This document shows, one piece after another, positions 34,401 through 46,460 of a DNA stretch of 64,000 bases. The notes under the pieces are model-generated. The model saw only the letters and a program-made list of their open reading frames with translations. It was not told the origin of the DNA and did not search any database. This DNA comes from Amphiscolops sp. MND2022. Taxonomy: Eukaryota. Location of the stretch: positions 69,752,001 through 69,816,000 of the forward strand of contig OZ076409.1 in the NCBI GenBank assembly GCA_964187785.1, written 5' to 3'. Position numbers and translations under genes: made by a program. How positions within the stretch are numbered: the first letter of the stretch is position 1; each line of letters starts with the position of its first letter.

Positions 34401-35512
34401 AAGAAATGGATCGCGATTACTTTCATTGGGGCGCAACTGCCGAAATCATGCAAATTATACAAAGGAGAGAAAAGAGTCCGGAAACCCGAAGATTAGCGGA
34501 GAGAAGGCTAGAGATCGCTAGACCCGGCACAATGAGAAGAAGATATGACCAGAATGCCCAGCGAACAATCTTTGTCCCATCCCGACCGAACAAAAGAAGT
34601 AGGGAAGAAATCGCCGAAATAGACGGACAATTGATACAACGGGCAAACAGGTTGGGAGGAGGATACCAACCCCTACAAACAATTAGAGAAGAACAGGAAC
34701 AAATCCCGATGGAAGAACAATTGCCGGAAGAACAATCAAATGACCCGGAGAGTGAAGGAAAAAGCCAAATCATACGCGGGGACAACCTACCAATTGTTGA
34801 TCTAAAGAACTACAACACGGAAGGAAAAGAGGCGCACTACGTGCAAATCAATCAAATAATCGGAGTGGTCATCGAAGGAAAGAAAGTCACCGAAGAAACA
34901 ATTAAGAAAGCGGAAATGGATTTCATGCTGGACCTGAAAAGCTTAAGTGCAAAATCGGCAACGGACGCCGAACTAAACCGGGTAAAACTAGCATTAACAA
35001 GAGAAGACCGCAGCATCTCACCCGAACATTATCGACAACAATTTGAAAACATCTCAACAAGATGGGGACTAACTTTCATAAACGACAAAATAATTGTACC
35101 AACCGAACTCCGAAAGAAGCTATTGAATACCTTACACTTTGGACATGCGGGAACCACCAAAATGGCAGCAGAAGCAAAAATCTTTTGGTGGCCAAACATC
35201 ACCAAAGACATCGAAGAAAAAGTCAAAAATTGTGTAGCCTGCTTATCATCCGGTAAGAATTTAAAATATCAATTACCGAAAAACGAAAGCGGAAAATTAA
35301 AAACACTTACCGAACCGGGACAAGAAATTCAAATCGATTTTACCGGAAAATTACACAATAAAAAATTGAACGGGGAGAACCAGCTACTAATTGCGGTAGA
35401 TAGATTTAGTAAATGGCCGACCGTAAAAATTTGCAAAACATCCGAAACAAAAGAAGTAATTAACTTCCTAAAACAAAACTTTAACTTGTACGGAATACCG
35501 GAAAAAAATTAA
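31292..35512 (+). CDS. Gypsy B gag-pol polyprotein (chimeric first ~50 aa; integrase continues frameshifted to ~36477)
   Basis: CRFCNAPNWNQSHKC and CNNCGKKGHFARAC knuckles, IIDTGS protease, WLDD RT, TDAS RNase H, HFGHAG..CVAC and IDFTG..VDRFSKW integrase. Confidence 0.92.
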   Translation: MSKQLHQTLYTVFFYHICMGLHAFRIVAGTWNVLFRLAMNIFVSHSPSLEATTDGKKIFTPKQWLERFRQYTKRKYKTDIAELIRGEGRTQADWATKENQVQDDFIWGIGPEALYQMTRAEYKTEPDKIAIKELIRLFNEYFLPKRNTYHNRREFFWTKQTESETPEDFWRRLIEIEKECNFESITDEELLISKFMTAITDKKLRDKLMKEKKLEMKKAIEMIKQNTYEKKNNKNTIPEALISNREKEIKEEPIQRMYKFNTRPRNKFNNNRPCRFCNAPNWNQSHKCPALDQTCNNCGKKGHFARACRQKDYHKRKIRNVTENEASTIDEESDESESSIYRIERINRIVDKNKYLTTTVKINGTEKEFIIDTGSPISIMPADKTIVKDTEIQKVRHRYQDVNKNEVKFRGKIPVDIEYENNKQKMQLLITERNDITPLLRMDWLKKFKLTIGNIRLDDNNQSEKRQIVEKFPDLFKNNTTIKDAEINIQLKPGHYPVKQKARPIPLPLQEAVGKEIEKLTKSGHLDKEKQVDEDCFVSPVVITVKNDKSVKIALDSRKLNDSCIKVRPHMPNMEELLNQISVEITKDRTKELMMSKIHLDYAYGQMMLSEETSRQCVFAFTGGNFSGCYRFKKGLYGLADIPTIFQEKIDRTLEYCTPAWLDDIIVVTRGDRKDHEKKLFDVLKKLEDAGYRASEKKSEFFQNKMKWLGHEIDEEGIKPNKEKVKANLDLKHPENPKQLKSFLLAIQYLAKFLPRLSERTDKLRKLLKKNTEWKWETEQQNDFEMIKKMLTEEPALAHYAKDKDNIVSTDASKTGLGITLWQKQADGELKPIAFGSRFLNDSEKNYSIGELELLAVVWGLEKFRFYLYGKKVFLYTNHQALEPLIKRNRCNKQYSARLTRWLDRLAHFDISIQHIAGSNLKFTDYLSRNPVEGATTENTYDEQYVINTLTEQAELNLKYRRVFTNQLQHAPNAKITHDCELSGQSETNRTFEKNRHVNKTNERTETSPNSDAIEFKRQETLPLHNHLKPTTASIEKEMDRDYFHWGATAEIMQIIQRREKSPETRRLAERRLEIARPGTMRRRYDQNAQRTIFVPSRPNKRSREEIAEIDGQLIQRANRLGGGYQPLQTIREEQEQIPMEEQLPEEQSNDPESEGKSQIIRGDNLPIVDLKNYNTEGKEAHYVQINQIIGVVIEGKKVTEETIKKAEMDFMLDLKSLSAKSATDAELNRVKLALTREDRSISPEHYRQQFENISTRWGLTFINDKIIVPTELRKKLLNTLHFGHAGTTKMAAEAKIFWWPNITKDIEEKVKNCVACLSSGKNLKYQLPKNESGKLKTLTEPGQEIQIDFTGKLHNKKLNGENQLLIAVDRFSKWPTVKICKTSETKEVINFLKQNFNLYGIPEKN

Positions 35513-36864
35513 ATCGGATAAAGGCGGAGCATTTATTTCAAAAGACTATATTGAATTCTGTAAATCGAAAAACATTGAAATAGAATACAGCACACCGAGA
35601 ATACATACCGGTACGGGAGCAGTAGAACGCGCTATACAAACCATGAAGAACTTAATAGTGGCTAATTTAGAAGACAATTTATGCCTGACCGAATGTGTAA
35701 ACAGAGCATCAAAAGTAAAGCGATTTACAATACACACCGGATTAATATTAACGCCATTCGAACTACACCACGGTAGAAAGCCGCGAACCGAATTAACCAA
35801 TCTGGTTAAAGACGGTAAATCATTTCTGTCTGATTGGACGGAACTATCTGTTTCAGCTCAAAGAAAGCCAAAAATCCCAATCTATGTATCGAGGGATGAA
35901 GAGGGGGATGTAACAAATTACCTGGTCATGGCAAAAACCAAAGCCGAGGAAAAGGCGGTGGACAAACAACCGAAAAGAAACATTCGGTTAGTGAATATCC
36001 CTTTAAATTTGTAAAAAAAACTACAATAGAAAATCACTAGAAGGAAAATTTCAAAAGAAAATTCAAACCGCGGTGAGCGGAACCGAACATACCGTAACCA
36101 CCGAAAGTGGAAGAATAATTCACCGAAAACACATTTCGGGACCAATTGTATTTCAGACCGAAAAGAAGAAAGAACGGGCACCGCAAATCGGAGACAAAAT
36201 TACACCGAAGAATCGACACTGTCTCCGAGGCGTCGACGGGAAATACATTCAGTGGAATGAAATACTCCGCGATATACTGAATGGAAAATTGAAAATCATA
36301 CAAAATCGGACACATAAAGACGAATTGAGACTACACACTGACGGTGAGATGCCTACCGGTGAGAATGAAAATAAATTTCTAGAAACCGAAAAATCACCTG
36401 TTAGAAGGTCAAGCCGAAAATGTAGTCAACCGAATTTGTACGGGGGAGTACGATATACAAAAAACTTTTGGTTATAAAAAAATGATCTGTTTCAGGAAAT
36501 AACCAAAGTAGTTCAGAATCAGCACTACCGAAACCAGCAGATTTCCAAAGAGAGATGAGCCCAATGCCGGGAACTTCCAAGATGTGAAAGAGAAGCCCAG
36601 AAAGGGGGGAATGTTATACGGTGATATACCGCGTCCGAATTATTCGGTTCAATGAAGTGCCAATCAAACTGAAAATGAACATATACCAACAAACTATAAT
36701 TGTTCCTCTTTCTGTTTATACATATTTTTATACATATGTACACTAGATTAGTTTCGTAAGGAACCATTGTTGTTAACGTAAATTTACGATACAGTTTGGC
36801 ATTAGAAAATAGAAATCAGTACTGACATTGTTTTATTATATCTTAACAAAGCAGAAATAGAACA
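31441..36864 (+). mobile_element. Gypsy B internal region, PPT (36600-36611) and 3' LTR (36612-36864); 5' end and PBS lost
   Basis: GAAAGGGGGGAA then TGTTATACGG...AGAACA followed by AGAGT. Confidence 0.9.
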
Positions 36865-37878
36865 AGAGTGCTTTCAGGATTGATTAAAAAACGCAGTTTT
36901 TCAAAATAATAAATATAATCACAAACAAAATGTCTTAAAATGATAGCAGTATTGGTTCAAAAATTCCATGAAGCTATATTTGCGATCCTGGTTGAACCAA
37001 GATTAGACTTTTAAAAAAAACATTGTTTCAGAGAGATCCAAGCCTTCGTTCTAACGTTGTTAAAGTTACAGTATTTCAAAGTGAGCATTATTTGCAAAGT
37101 ACAGAAACTATATTGAGCCTTAAAATGCGCAATATCTAGTTTCAATCTCCACTGAAAGAAATCTCCACTTCTCTTTTGGAAGTTTTGTATCGCATTGAGA
37201 AGCCGGATGATAAACCACAAACTCTAGAATCTAGTTTTTTTGTTTCTCTTCAAAGCACTTCAGGACGCACGGAGACGTCAAAATGTTACCTTCTGAATTG
37301 TAACCTTCCAAGGTGGTATTCTTTTCTGAGACGAGCTCTTTGCTAAATAGCTCTCTCCGAAGCCTTTTTAAATATCTAAAATGGAAATCCATGAGCAGTG
37401 ACAAAAACGTATTTCAATTCCAGTTTTTTGTCTCAGAACATCGTAAAGCAAAATCTCATTTCAAACGTCGCAAAATGCACAGTTTATGAGAATGCTTTCA
37501 CTTTTCAATTTTTGTACCATATTTGCTTTCTAAAAACCAAAATTGTTACTTGTCAGTTATTTTTGTTCAATTGATGCTTTTTCAGAAAGTTTTTTGTGTA
37601 TCTATTTGACCGCTAGAATTCTAAAGAAACCAAGGATAACTATCGCTCGATTGATTATGGGGGATATTTCGGCACATTCAAAAATTCATGACTGATTTTG
37701 GCTTCACATTGTGTTGAAAAATCATAAGCTCTTGAAATAGTCTTGAATTTTGCCGAGTTAAGATGTCGAGTTAAATGTATTAAACTTTTTCACAATTTTT
37801 TCAAATCAGGTCATTCCTGCCCGAATTTTTTTTCTGTCGGGAAACTAGATTTTTTCTGACTAATTTCTTTTTACAATC

Positions 37879-40800
37879 TAAAGTAAGTTAAAGAAACAGA
37901 AGGGATTAATACAGTGAAATGAAACGATACGAGGTTAGGATAACTATTCGTATGTAGATGTCTAAGCAGTTACATCAAACTCTTTACACAGTCTTCTTCT
38001 ATCATGTATGTATGGGATTGCATGCCTTCAGAATAGTAGCAGGTACTTGGAATGTTCTTTTTAGGTTGGCCATGAACATATTCGTTTCATGCCACACTCC
38101 CCCCTCTTTGGGTTTTTAGGGGAACCAGCCTCGGGTCGGCGTGTCCTTCTTTAATCGGGGGAAGAGTGTGATCGGGTACCTCTTCGGCGTAGTGAAAGGG
38201 AAGGCGTTCCCTAAATGGACAGTGTTTTAAAAATGTTCTACTCCGCCTAGCTTTACTACTCTTTGGGCCGACCTTATCCTTTCGGATCTACGTGGCTCTA
38301 ATTCGGTTCTAGTTTGGGTTTTTTCAAGGTTCATTTTTTGTTTTGACCTAAGTTTACCTGTCGATTCCTCTCCCGTCTGTGCGGTATCGTCGATTTCTTG
38401 GCCGTGTATCGGGGTGCCTGAATGGTCGGGTTGTGTCGGATTGTTTGCTAACTCGGTGCTACATCCGATCGGTGACGTGAGTGTCGGGGTTTGAGCCCGT
38501 AGCCTTTCTATCTCCCGTCCGATCTCGGCCCTCAAGTTGGTAGCTTCTGTGTTGTCCCCCGTGTCTGAGCTATCTTCATCGGCACTAGCATTAGTCAAGT
38601 TGGAGTCGCGGCTGGACTAATCGTACACGGTCACGCGGTTGTAGTTTCGTTTTTTCTTCATCGGTATCGTCGGTAAAGTGTGACTGGTGCCTGGCTCGTT
38701 GTCCGCGATGTTGTTGTTTGAGTCTTGAATTTGCGTCTCGGGGTGTTGGTGGTTTTCGCAGAATTCGCCACTGCGGAATTTTCCGCATTTGCGACATCGA
38801 TTGATGACCCTCCTTCGTTCGTCAGTTCCCCTGGAAGTCTGAAATTTTAACGGTTTAGAAGAAAATTTTTTATGTATTATTCTTCCTTCAGAAGTAGTGA
38901 TGGTATGATCAGCTTCTTCAACCGCTGTTAAAATTTTATTTGTTTCAAAACCACATTTCATTGGGTTGGGTTTGTTCTCTCTTTCGTAAAATTGGTACTT
39001 TTTAATATTCCGGCTTACCGAACGGCCTCTCTTCCTTGTGTCGTTCAGCACCAGATAGTCCGCCATTTCCCCCTCTGAATCGTTGATGGTAACTACCTGT
39101 AGTTCCGTCGGTTGTGCTGAAATGTATTTGGTTAAGGTTCTTTTCCAATTAGACAGTAGACATTCAGGTTTACCGATTAAGTTGGTGAGCGCGGTGCGTG
39201 GTTTTCTGCCTAAATGCATTTGGAAAGGTGTCATGTTTAATCTACTATGTGGCGTTTGTCTAATTGTTTTGATCGCTAATTGGACGCTGTCTTCGAATAT
39301 TAATCCGTCTGCCATTGTAGCTCTAGTCAGTGATTTAATTGTCCGTATCGTTCGCTCGACTAAGCCGCTACCAGTGTGTAAATTCGGAGTGCATCTAATA
39401 CGTTTAATATTTTCGCCGGTGCAAAATTTTTTGAATTCGTTGCTTTTAAAACAACTACCGTTATCGGTTCTAATACACCGGTGCTCCATTATCCGTAAAT
39501 TACAAATACTTGGTTAAAAACTTTAGGACGGTCCGAGTGTCCGTATTTTTGCACACTTGCGCGGTAGGCCATTCACTGAAGCGGTCAACTGCCACCAGGA
39601 TATATACATCGCCGCGTGTCTTTGATTTGATTGGCCCAATGAAGTCCAATTGGATTTCCTGATTCGGTTCAGTTATAATTTCTAAATTATTTTTTTCCAT
39701 TGACGGGATTTGTGTAATGATATTCTTACCTGCGGCTCTGCAGCTCGGGCATGTTTCCGCCTTCTCTTGTATTTCCCGGTACATGCCGGGCCACCAGAAA
39801 GCTTCGGCCAGTTGATCCATTTTGGCTGCGCATGTATGGCCTTGACGTAACATGGCAATGATGGTTGTGCGCATGTTCTCGGGGGTTACTATTTTGTCGT
39901 TGTAAAACAACAGTCCGAATCTGGTAGAAAGGTGTTGTCGATGTGGGCGGTATGGATAGAAAATGCTTTCCAGTTGATTCTTCTCGATTGCTGCTATTGC
40001 GTTCATCTTGATGTCTCGGGCTGTCTCATCCACTAGTAAAGGTAGATCTAGGGCGAAGTCGTCCTCTGCCTTCTTGATGACCTCCGATGTTTTTTCGTTT
40101 TGCTCTGGGTTGAGGATGTTCATCTTCGCGGTTTGTTTGAGCCCTTTTTATCTTTTTAGCCCTGCTGATTCTCCATCAGATTGATTATTGTTTATCCAGG
40201 ACTCGTTCTGCTGGAATTCTTGTAGCGGTGTTGTTTCGAGTGTCTCCCAATAGTGGAAGAAGCGATTGTAAATTTCGATATTTAACTCGGCAATTCGTTT
40301 GCGGCCTTCTTGATTTGGTCGGTATTCTTGGATCCGGTCACTCTCTTTGCCTTTTCCACAATCCGAGTCTTGTCTGGCTTCAGGATGTGGTTTCTTTCAG
40401 TCCAAAGGCGTTTGGTTTCAAGGAAGTGGCCCCTCTTTTCGTAGATAAATTCCATATCTATACCGTTGACTTTGTCCATTTCACTATGCGGTGACGGTAA
40501 AGTTTTGTTCAACATTTTTGAATCAATACTGTTTGGTAACGATGAGGCTTTGAGCAAGTGAGTGTTTTGATTTCGTTCGCACGTATTTTTGTCGCTCTGT
40601 GATTGGTCGAAATTTTCTCTCGTGGTGGTTCGTTCGGTACATCGTTTTATGCTTCCGCACTTTTGGTTGAATTCTAAACTCCTCTTCAACTTCCGCTTCG
40701 TTTAATCCGTCCGCTTTGTTTTCTAGTTCGATAATCTTGGTCGGTACGATCGGATGGCGGCTCAAATAGTCCGTTAGCGGAATGTTTGTATCGGCCGTGT

Positions 40801-43735
40801 ATTGGACATTAACGTCAAAATGGCTCAATCTATCCAGCCAACGCGTTAATCGTGCGCTATTTTGCTTGTGTGCGCGGTTCTTTTTAATAATGGCTTGGAG
40901 GTCAGTTAATAGGTTTACTCTTTTTCCGTACACAAAATACCTGAAGTACTCTAACCCCCAGAGTGCCCCCAGTAATTCTAATTCATTTATTGCATTTTTT
41001 TACAATCAGTTAGAAATCTACTCGCAAAAGCAACGGGTCTAAAAGTTTCACTTCTTTTTGCCACAATGTTGCGCCCAATCCAGTATTACACGCGTCCGTA
41101 GTGATGTAGTTGTCCTTTTTTGGGTCGAAGTGGGTTAAGCATGGGGCTTCTGTGATTTCCTTCTTCAATTCTTCGAAATCCTTCTCTAATTCCTGCGTCC
41201 AGTCCCATTTGACAGCTTTCTTTAAAAGTTTTCTGCCGGTTTTTTTCGATAGATTGTTAATGAATTTCGACAGGTGTTGTATGGAGCTCAGAAAAGACTT
41301 CAGTTTTTTACGTTTTTTGGTGCTTCCAGTTTGGTTATCGCTTCTGTTTTGTCTTTAATTGGTTTGACGCCGTTTTGATCAATGTGGTAACCAAGCCAGG
41401 TTAGTTCCTTCTTGAACAATTCTGTTTTCCTCTCACTGGCCCGATATCAGGCGTTTTGCAATTTTGTGAGAACTTCCCCACCTCTTTTTCATGATCTTTG
41501 ATGTTACCATTAGTCACACAAACAATGTCATCTAGCCAGACCGGTGTTTTAAATTCCAACACGGCGTCTATATGTTCTTGAAACACCGTGGGGATATCCG
41601 ATAAGCCGTAAAAACCTTCTTGAAACGGTAATGTCCGGTAAAGTCTCCTCCAATAATTGAGAATACACAATGTTTAGCGGCTTCTTTGGATAGTTTTGCC
41701 TGGCCGTACGCGTAATCCAAGTCGATCTTTGACATCCAGATCTCTCCTTCGTCTTTGGTAATTTTAGCGGAGATTTTGCTAATTAGCTCTTCTATGTTCG
41801 GCATGGCTGCTTTTCTATTTATACATGCCTCGTTTAGTTTTCTTGAATCCAGTGCTATTTTGACTGACTTGTCTTTTCTGATAGTGATGACTGTGGGTGA
41901 TATAAAACAATTTTCAGTGGTTTTGTCTGCTTTTTTGAGGTGTCCCTTTTCGATTAGTTTTTCTAGTTCTTCGCGAATAAATTTTTGAAAGTGAATGGGA
42001 ACCGGCCTTCCCTTTTGTTGTATGGGTTTGACGTCTTTTTCAGCTGGATGTCGATGGTGAGATCTTTGATAGTGTGGTTGTTTTTGAATAAATCTTCGTG
42101 TTCGTCGATGATTTTTTTTCTTCGTTCTTCTTCTTCCACGTAACGGATGACGTTTGTTTTCGTACTGCCTTGTACTCCAATTTCCAATTCGTCTAGTCAA
42201 TCTAAGCCCAATGATAGTTGAGCGTTTTTGTTTTCTGTTATGAGAAATGGTAATATATCTTTGCTTTTCCCGCTTTTTTCCGTTTTCACTTCGACCATCG
42301 CTTCACCTTTGAATTATATTGGGTTTTTGTTTACGTCCACAAAAGTTTTTGTTGTCTTCTTCGTCTCAATTGGATTGATTATCGGTGGGATAATTATCAC
42401 CGGTGAGCCAGGATCAATAATAAATTCTATTGACTGGCCGTGGACCAATAGGATTGTTTTGTAAAAATCGACTCGGTTATTACCGTTGACGGATTGAATA
42501 TGATCGATTTCCGGCCCTGGCTCGGTATAACTGTCCCATGATACTGCTTCGATTACTCGGCTGACGGTCTTTGATTTGCACACTTTGGCAAAATGTCCCA
42601 TCTTTTTACAGTTGTTGCATTGGACTTTCCGTGCCGGACAAATATGTTCTAGTGACCAGTTCGGTTTTCCGCAGAAGCGGCAGTTTCAGTTTGAAATTTT
42701 TTTCTTCTCGTTGCATTGGGTTTTCCGCTTCCGTGTTTAGTTTGATGACCGATCAATTCGGAGGATGTTGAGCTACTTGTTGAGTCTTTTCTGGCCTTTT
42801 TGATTTTTGGTTTTTTGTCTTCGTATTTTCTGTTGTAATTGTCGAGTTCTATGGTTTCCAGTACCAGTTGTATTTTCAATGGGCCTTTTATAAGTTTGTC
42901 ACGGGCTCTTTTGTCTTTGATGGTGGCCGCGAATTTGTATGTAATAATTTCTTTCGCTGTGATATTTTTGAATTGTTTCTTTCAGTGTCCACCAGTCTTT
43001 TCCAGTATTCATCGATTGTTTCATTGTCATCTTGTTTCATATTGAAGAACTGGGCCCTACTGTGGAATACATTTCTCACTGGAAGAAAAGTTTTCTTGAA
43101 TAATGTCAATAGTTCTGGTAGGTTGACATCTTTCAACTCTCGACCCCATTGGCCTCTCATGATTTCGTGTTTGGCCTTTGGGCCCAATGTCCAGATGACG
43201 CCACCTTTTATGTGATACACCGTATGTGGTTCCATGTATTCGATTCCCGCGTCGATAATTTCATCAAGGTTTCGGTTGTATGTCAAATGAATATACTCTG
43301 ATATTTGTTCCCACCACATCTTGGGGTTGGTCTTTGTGAGATCTGTTTCCCTGTCCGATAAAATCGGGATTTTGTATTTACTTTTTTCCGCTCCTCGGAC
43401 GTTGTTTTTTGTTGATTGTTCTTGTTGATTGTTCTGATGACATCGGTCTGCCCTCCGTTGAATTGGGATCGGTGTTGTTGTTTTCCATGGTTTTTGTTCA
43501 GATTGTTAACTGCGCCATAAAGTACGTTAAAGAAACAGAGGGGTTTAATACAGTGAATTAAAATGATACGAGGTTAGGATAACTATTCGTTTGTAGATGT
43601 CTAAGCAGTTACATCAAACTCTTTACACAGTCTTCTTCTATCAGATATGTATGGGATTGCATGACTCCAGAATAGTAGCAGGTATTTGGAATGTTCTTTT
43701 TAGGTTGGCCATGAACTTATTCTTTTCATGCCACA
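37879..43735 (-). mobile_element. Ty3/Gypsy element C, 218-bp LTRs (37879-38096, 43518-43735), PBS TGGCGCAGT (tRNA-Ser type), PPT AAAGAGGGGGAG
   Basis: Direct repeats starting TGTGGCATG and ending TACTTTA on the minus strand; PBS at 43509-43517; PPT at 38097-38108. Confidence 0.88.
38227..43488 (-). pseudogene. Gypsy C gag-pol, heavily frameshifted, related to B
   Basis: GHFAKVC knuckle, FIIDPGSP, IDLDYAYGQ, WLDD, GHTC..CPSC, LDFIGP..VDRFSEW, TDNG..ERTIRT. Confidence 0.9.
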
Positions 43736-44205
43736 CTCCCCCTCTTTGGGTTTTTAGGGGAACCAGTCTCGGGTCCTCAAGATCTGGTAGCAAAAAGGCC
43801 ATGATTAAGTTCATTTCCAATTTTGCTTGGAGACAGGAAAAATGTTGAAATACAATTTATAAACACTCTTTCATCAGCTATTTTTAATCAGTGCGTTTTG
43901 GGAAAGAAATGCCCGAATATTAAAATTGACAATTTTTCCTCCAGACGACTGAACGCACACTGCATGGTCCACTTTTCCCCAATTTTTCGAAAACGTCCCG
44001 AGCGACTCTCTTTTGATATTTATAAATTTTTTCCATTTTTTCAAAAAGAAAAAAAACATGAGACCAAATTATCCCCTTTTTCAGTTTGGACGAAACTTTT
44101 ACCTTCTAAATGCTCCCCTTTCAAGTAACTTCAAGCTCAATGATATTTATCTGAGCTCTCTCAAAAACAAAACTCCGAAAATTTTGCGCTTTTTAAGTAA
44201 ATTTT

Positions 44206-44381
44206 TAGTCCCGTAGCTCCCAGAATACTGATTCAGACGCCAGTTAAGTGTTTCCGAGCGTAACGAGAGCACGCTAACCGCCCGCGTGTCAGTCGGAACA
44301 CACAGAGTGGAGAGGCCTAAGGCATTGGTTTCAATCCTGATTAGCTAAAAAGTCATTTCAAGTTTCAGGAGCTATGGGACT
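44206..44381. mobile_element. MITE with ~15-bp TIRs
   Basis: TAGTCCCGTAGCTCC ... GGAGCTATGGGACTA. Confidence 0.65.
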
Positions 44382-44469
44382 AGAAACTTATTTTCGGAGC
44401 TATGAACTCCCTCCCACTTGCTTCTTCTTAAACTTCCACGGTCTCAAAATCATCTTCACAACGTGTATA

Positions 44470-44645
44470 GACAAAGGCGCCCCAGACAAAAGCACCCCAG
44501 TCAAAAGCGCCCATCTTACACAGTTATAAGCGCCCTGATCAAAAGCGCCCCGGTCAAAAGCGCCCCGGTCAAAAGCGCCCCGGTCAAAAGCGCCCCGGTC
44601 AAAAGCGCCCCGGTCAAAAGCGCCCCGGTCAAAAGCGCCCCAATG
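44470..44645. repeat. 15-bp minisatellite GGTCAAAAGCGCCCC (MITE subterminal array; related arrays at 46480-46563 and inverted at 46855-46895)
   Basis: About 7 near-perfect tandem units plus degenerate ones. Confidence 0.9.
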
Positions 44646-44659
44646 CAAAACGTTCTACT

Positions 44660-46460
44660 GGGCTTACAAAGCAGTTTTCGTTGATGTTGTTGGCTTTTTC
44701 GATGTGTCCTTGTTTTATTAGTTTTCCTATTTCCTTTTCCACCGAATGTTGAAGGTGAATCGGTATTGGCCTTCCTTTCTGTTGTATCAATTTCGCGTCT
44801 TCTTTTAGTTGTATCTTTACTTCCAGTCCGTTTAGCGTATGGTTTTCGGTGAACAGTTTTTTGAACTTCGTTTTCAATGACGTTATGTCTGGGTCTTCTT
44901 TTTTTTTGTTGTATTTGTGGGACGGTCTCCCCCGTCTCCGGCTTTATCCCCAACTTTTTCATCCAGTCTAAGCCCAGCAATCGGTTAGTTCTTTTAGTTG
45001 TCACTAAAATTTCCAGTTCTTTTTGTTTCCGTCGATTTCTACTTTGGCCATTGTTTTTCCTTCGAATTGTATCCAGTTATCATTTACATCCCTGTATTCC
45101 GTTTTCAGTGGGGGTAATTGTGTGATGTTGTTGAATAGTGATCTTGGTATTCATGTTACCGGTGATCCGCTGTCAATGATAAATTTGATTGGTCGGTTAT
45201 TGACCAATGCGGTGATTGTGAAGAAGTCTGGTCCATTGCTGTTTACTGATCGTGTTGAATGGATCTTTTGTTTCACTGAATGGATTGTATTCGGTGTCCA
45301 ATCATCTTCGTTCGCGCTACTTGTTTCTTCTTCCATTATATGGTTTAGTTTTTTACTTGTGCGGCAACATTTGGCAAAGTGGCCTATCTTTCCTCATTTT
45401 GCACATTTCTTTCCTCTGGCTGGGCATTCGTGTTGTCTTGACCAGTTTGGTGCCCCGCAGCGGTTGCAGTCGACTTTTTTGATTTTTGTCGGTTTTTCCG
45501 GTTGTTCTTTCATGGGTTTTATTCTACGTTTGTTCAAATAACGTATTTTCTTCTCCTCTTCTGTTTCGGGTGAGTCATTTAGTTTGTCATAAGTGTACTC
45601 TATTATCGGGTCGGTTATTGCTTCTACCGACATGGCACTTTTTGGGGTTTTTTTTCTTTAGGTCATAGTCTCCGGTTGATTTTCTGATGACTGACAAGAA
45701 TTTTGATGCTAGAAGTTCTGCTGCGGTTTTACCGTCTTCTCGTTTTAGGTCAAAGAAATCGGCTATGCTGTGCTGTACATTCCTTTCTGGCGTAAGATGT
45801 AGTCGGAACAGTGTGTAAAGTTTTACAATGGTAGTGAGCTCGGTTCTCTTTCTCTGATTGTTTTTGTCATTTCCGTGATAGCATTCTGTCTGATTGCCCA
45901 GATGAATATATCTTTTGTTTCTGTTTCGAATTGATCACGGTATTGTATCAGTATCTCCTTGTTGTTTGTCATGATCGATTGGTCAATTTCTTTCGTCATC
46001 TTTATGTACTGGACGAATTTTCTCCACCACAAGTTCGCACTGGTGTGATCAAGTTTCTCCATTGTGGGAATGGTCAATTTCTGAGTGCAGGTCCGGTCTG
46101 CCGTCCTGTTCATTGTATCGTTCGGCAATGTTTGGTTGGTTTGCCGTGTTCCCGATGATGACAGTATGGTGTTCCCATTCCTTGGGTCTTCTTCCGTGTT
46201 TTCATCCATATCTTCTTTCTGGATGCTTTGTAGTTGTAGTGTTTAGCTTCAGTTCTAAGCTGACTGCGCCATGTTGTAACTTGCTTCTATGACTATGAAT
46301 AGTATTAGCAATTCAAACTTTATTCTATCATGTTCTCCAACTTTATGAAAGTTCATCGTCTGCATACAATAGGCAGGTACTTAATAAAAGAACATCAAGC
46401 AATATTATAATAATCATATAAATGCAGACTAATTAAATTGTAAAGTCTGAGTCCTCTACA
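44660..46460 (-). mobile_element. 3'-truncated Gypsy element F (B/C-related): 5' LTR 46272-46460, PBS TGGCGCAGTC, gag-PR-start of RT
   Basis: LTR TGTAGAGG...GTTACAACA; CNRCGAPNWSRQHEC knuckle; FIIDSGSP; QQKGRPIPIHLQ..CFVSPV, then a break. Confidence 0.85.

Noticed and set aside
31333..35800. Numerous minus-strand ORFs opposite gag-pol (likewise opposite A, C and D)
   Set aside because: Antisense shadows of biased retroelement coding sequence.
44470..44645. CRISPR-like array, or repetitive proteins (KSAPV, GAFDR, GALLT ORFs)
   Set aside because: Contiguous 15-bp tandem units with no spacers, in a eukaryotic context; the ORFs are open only because the unit lacks stops.
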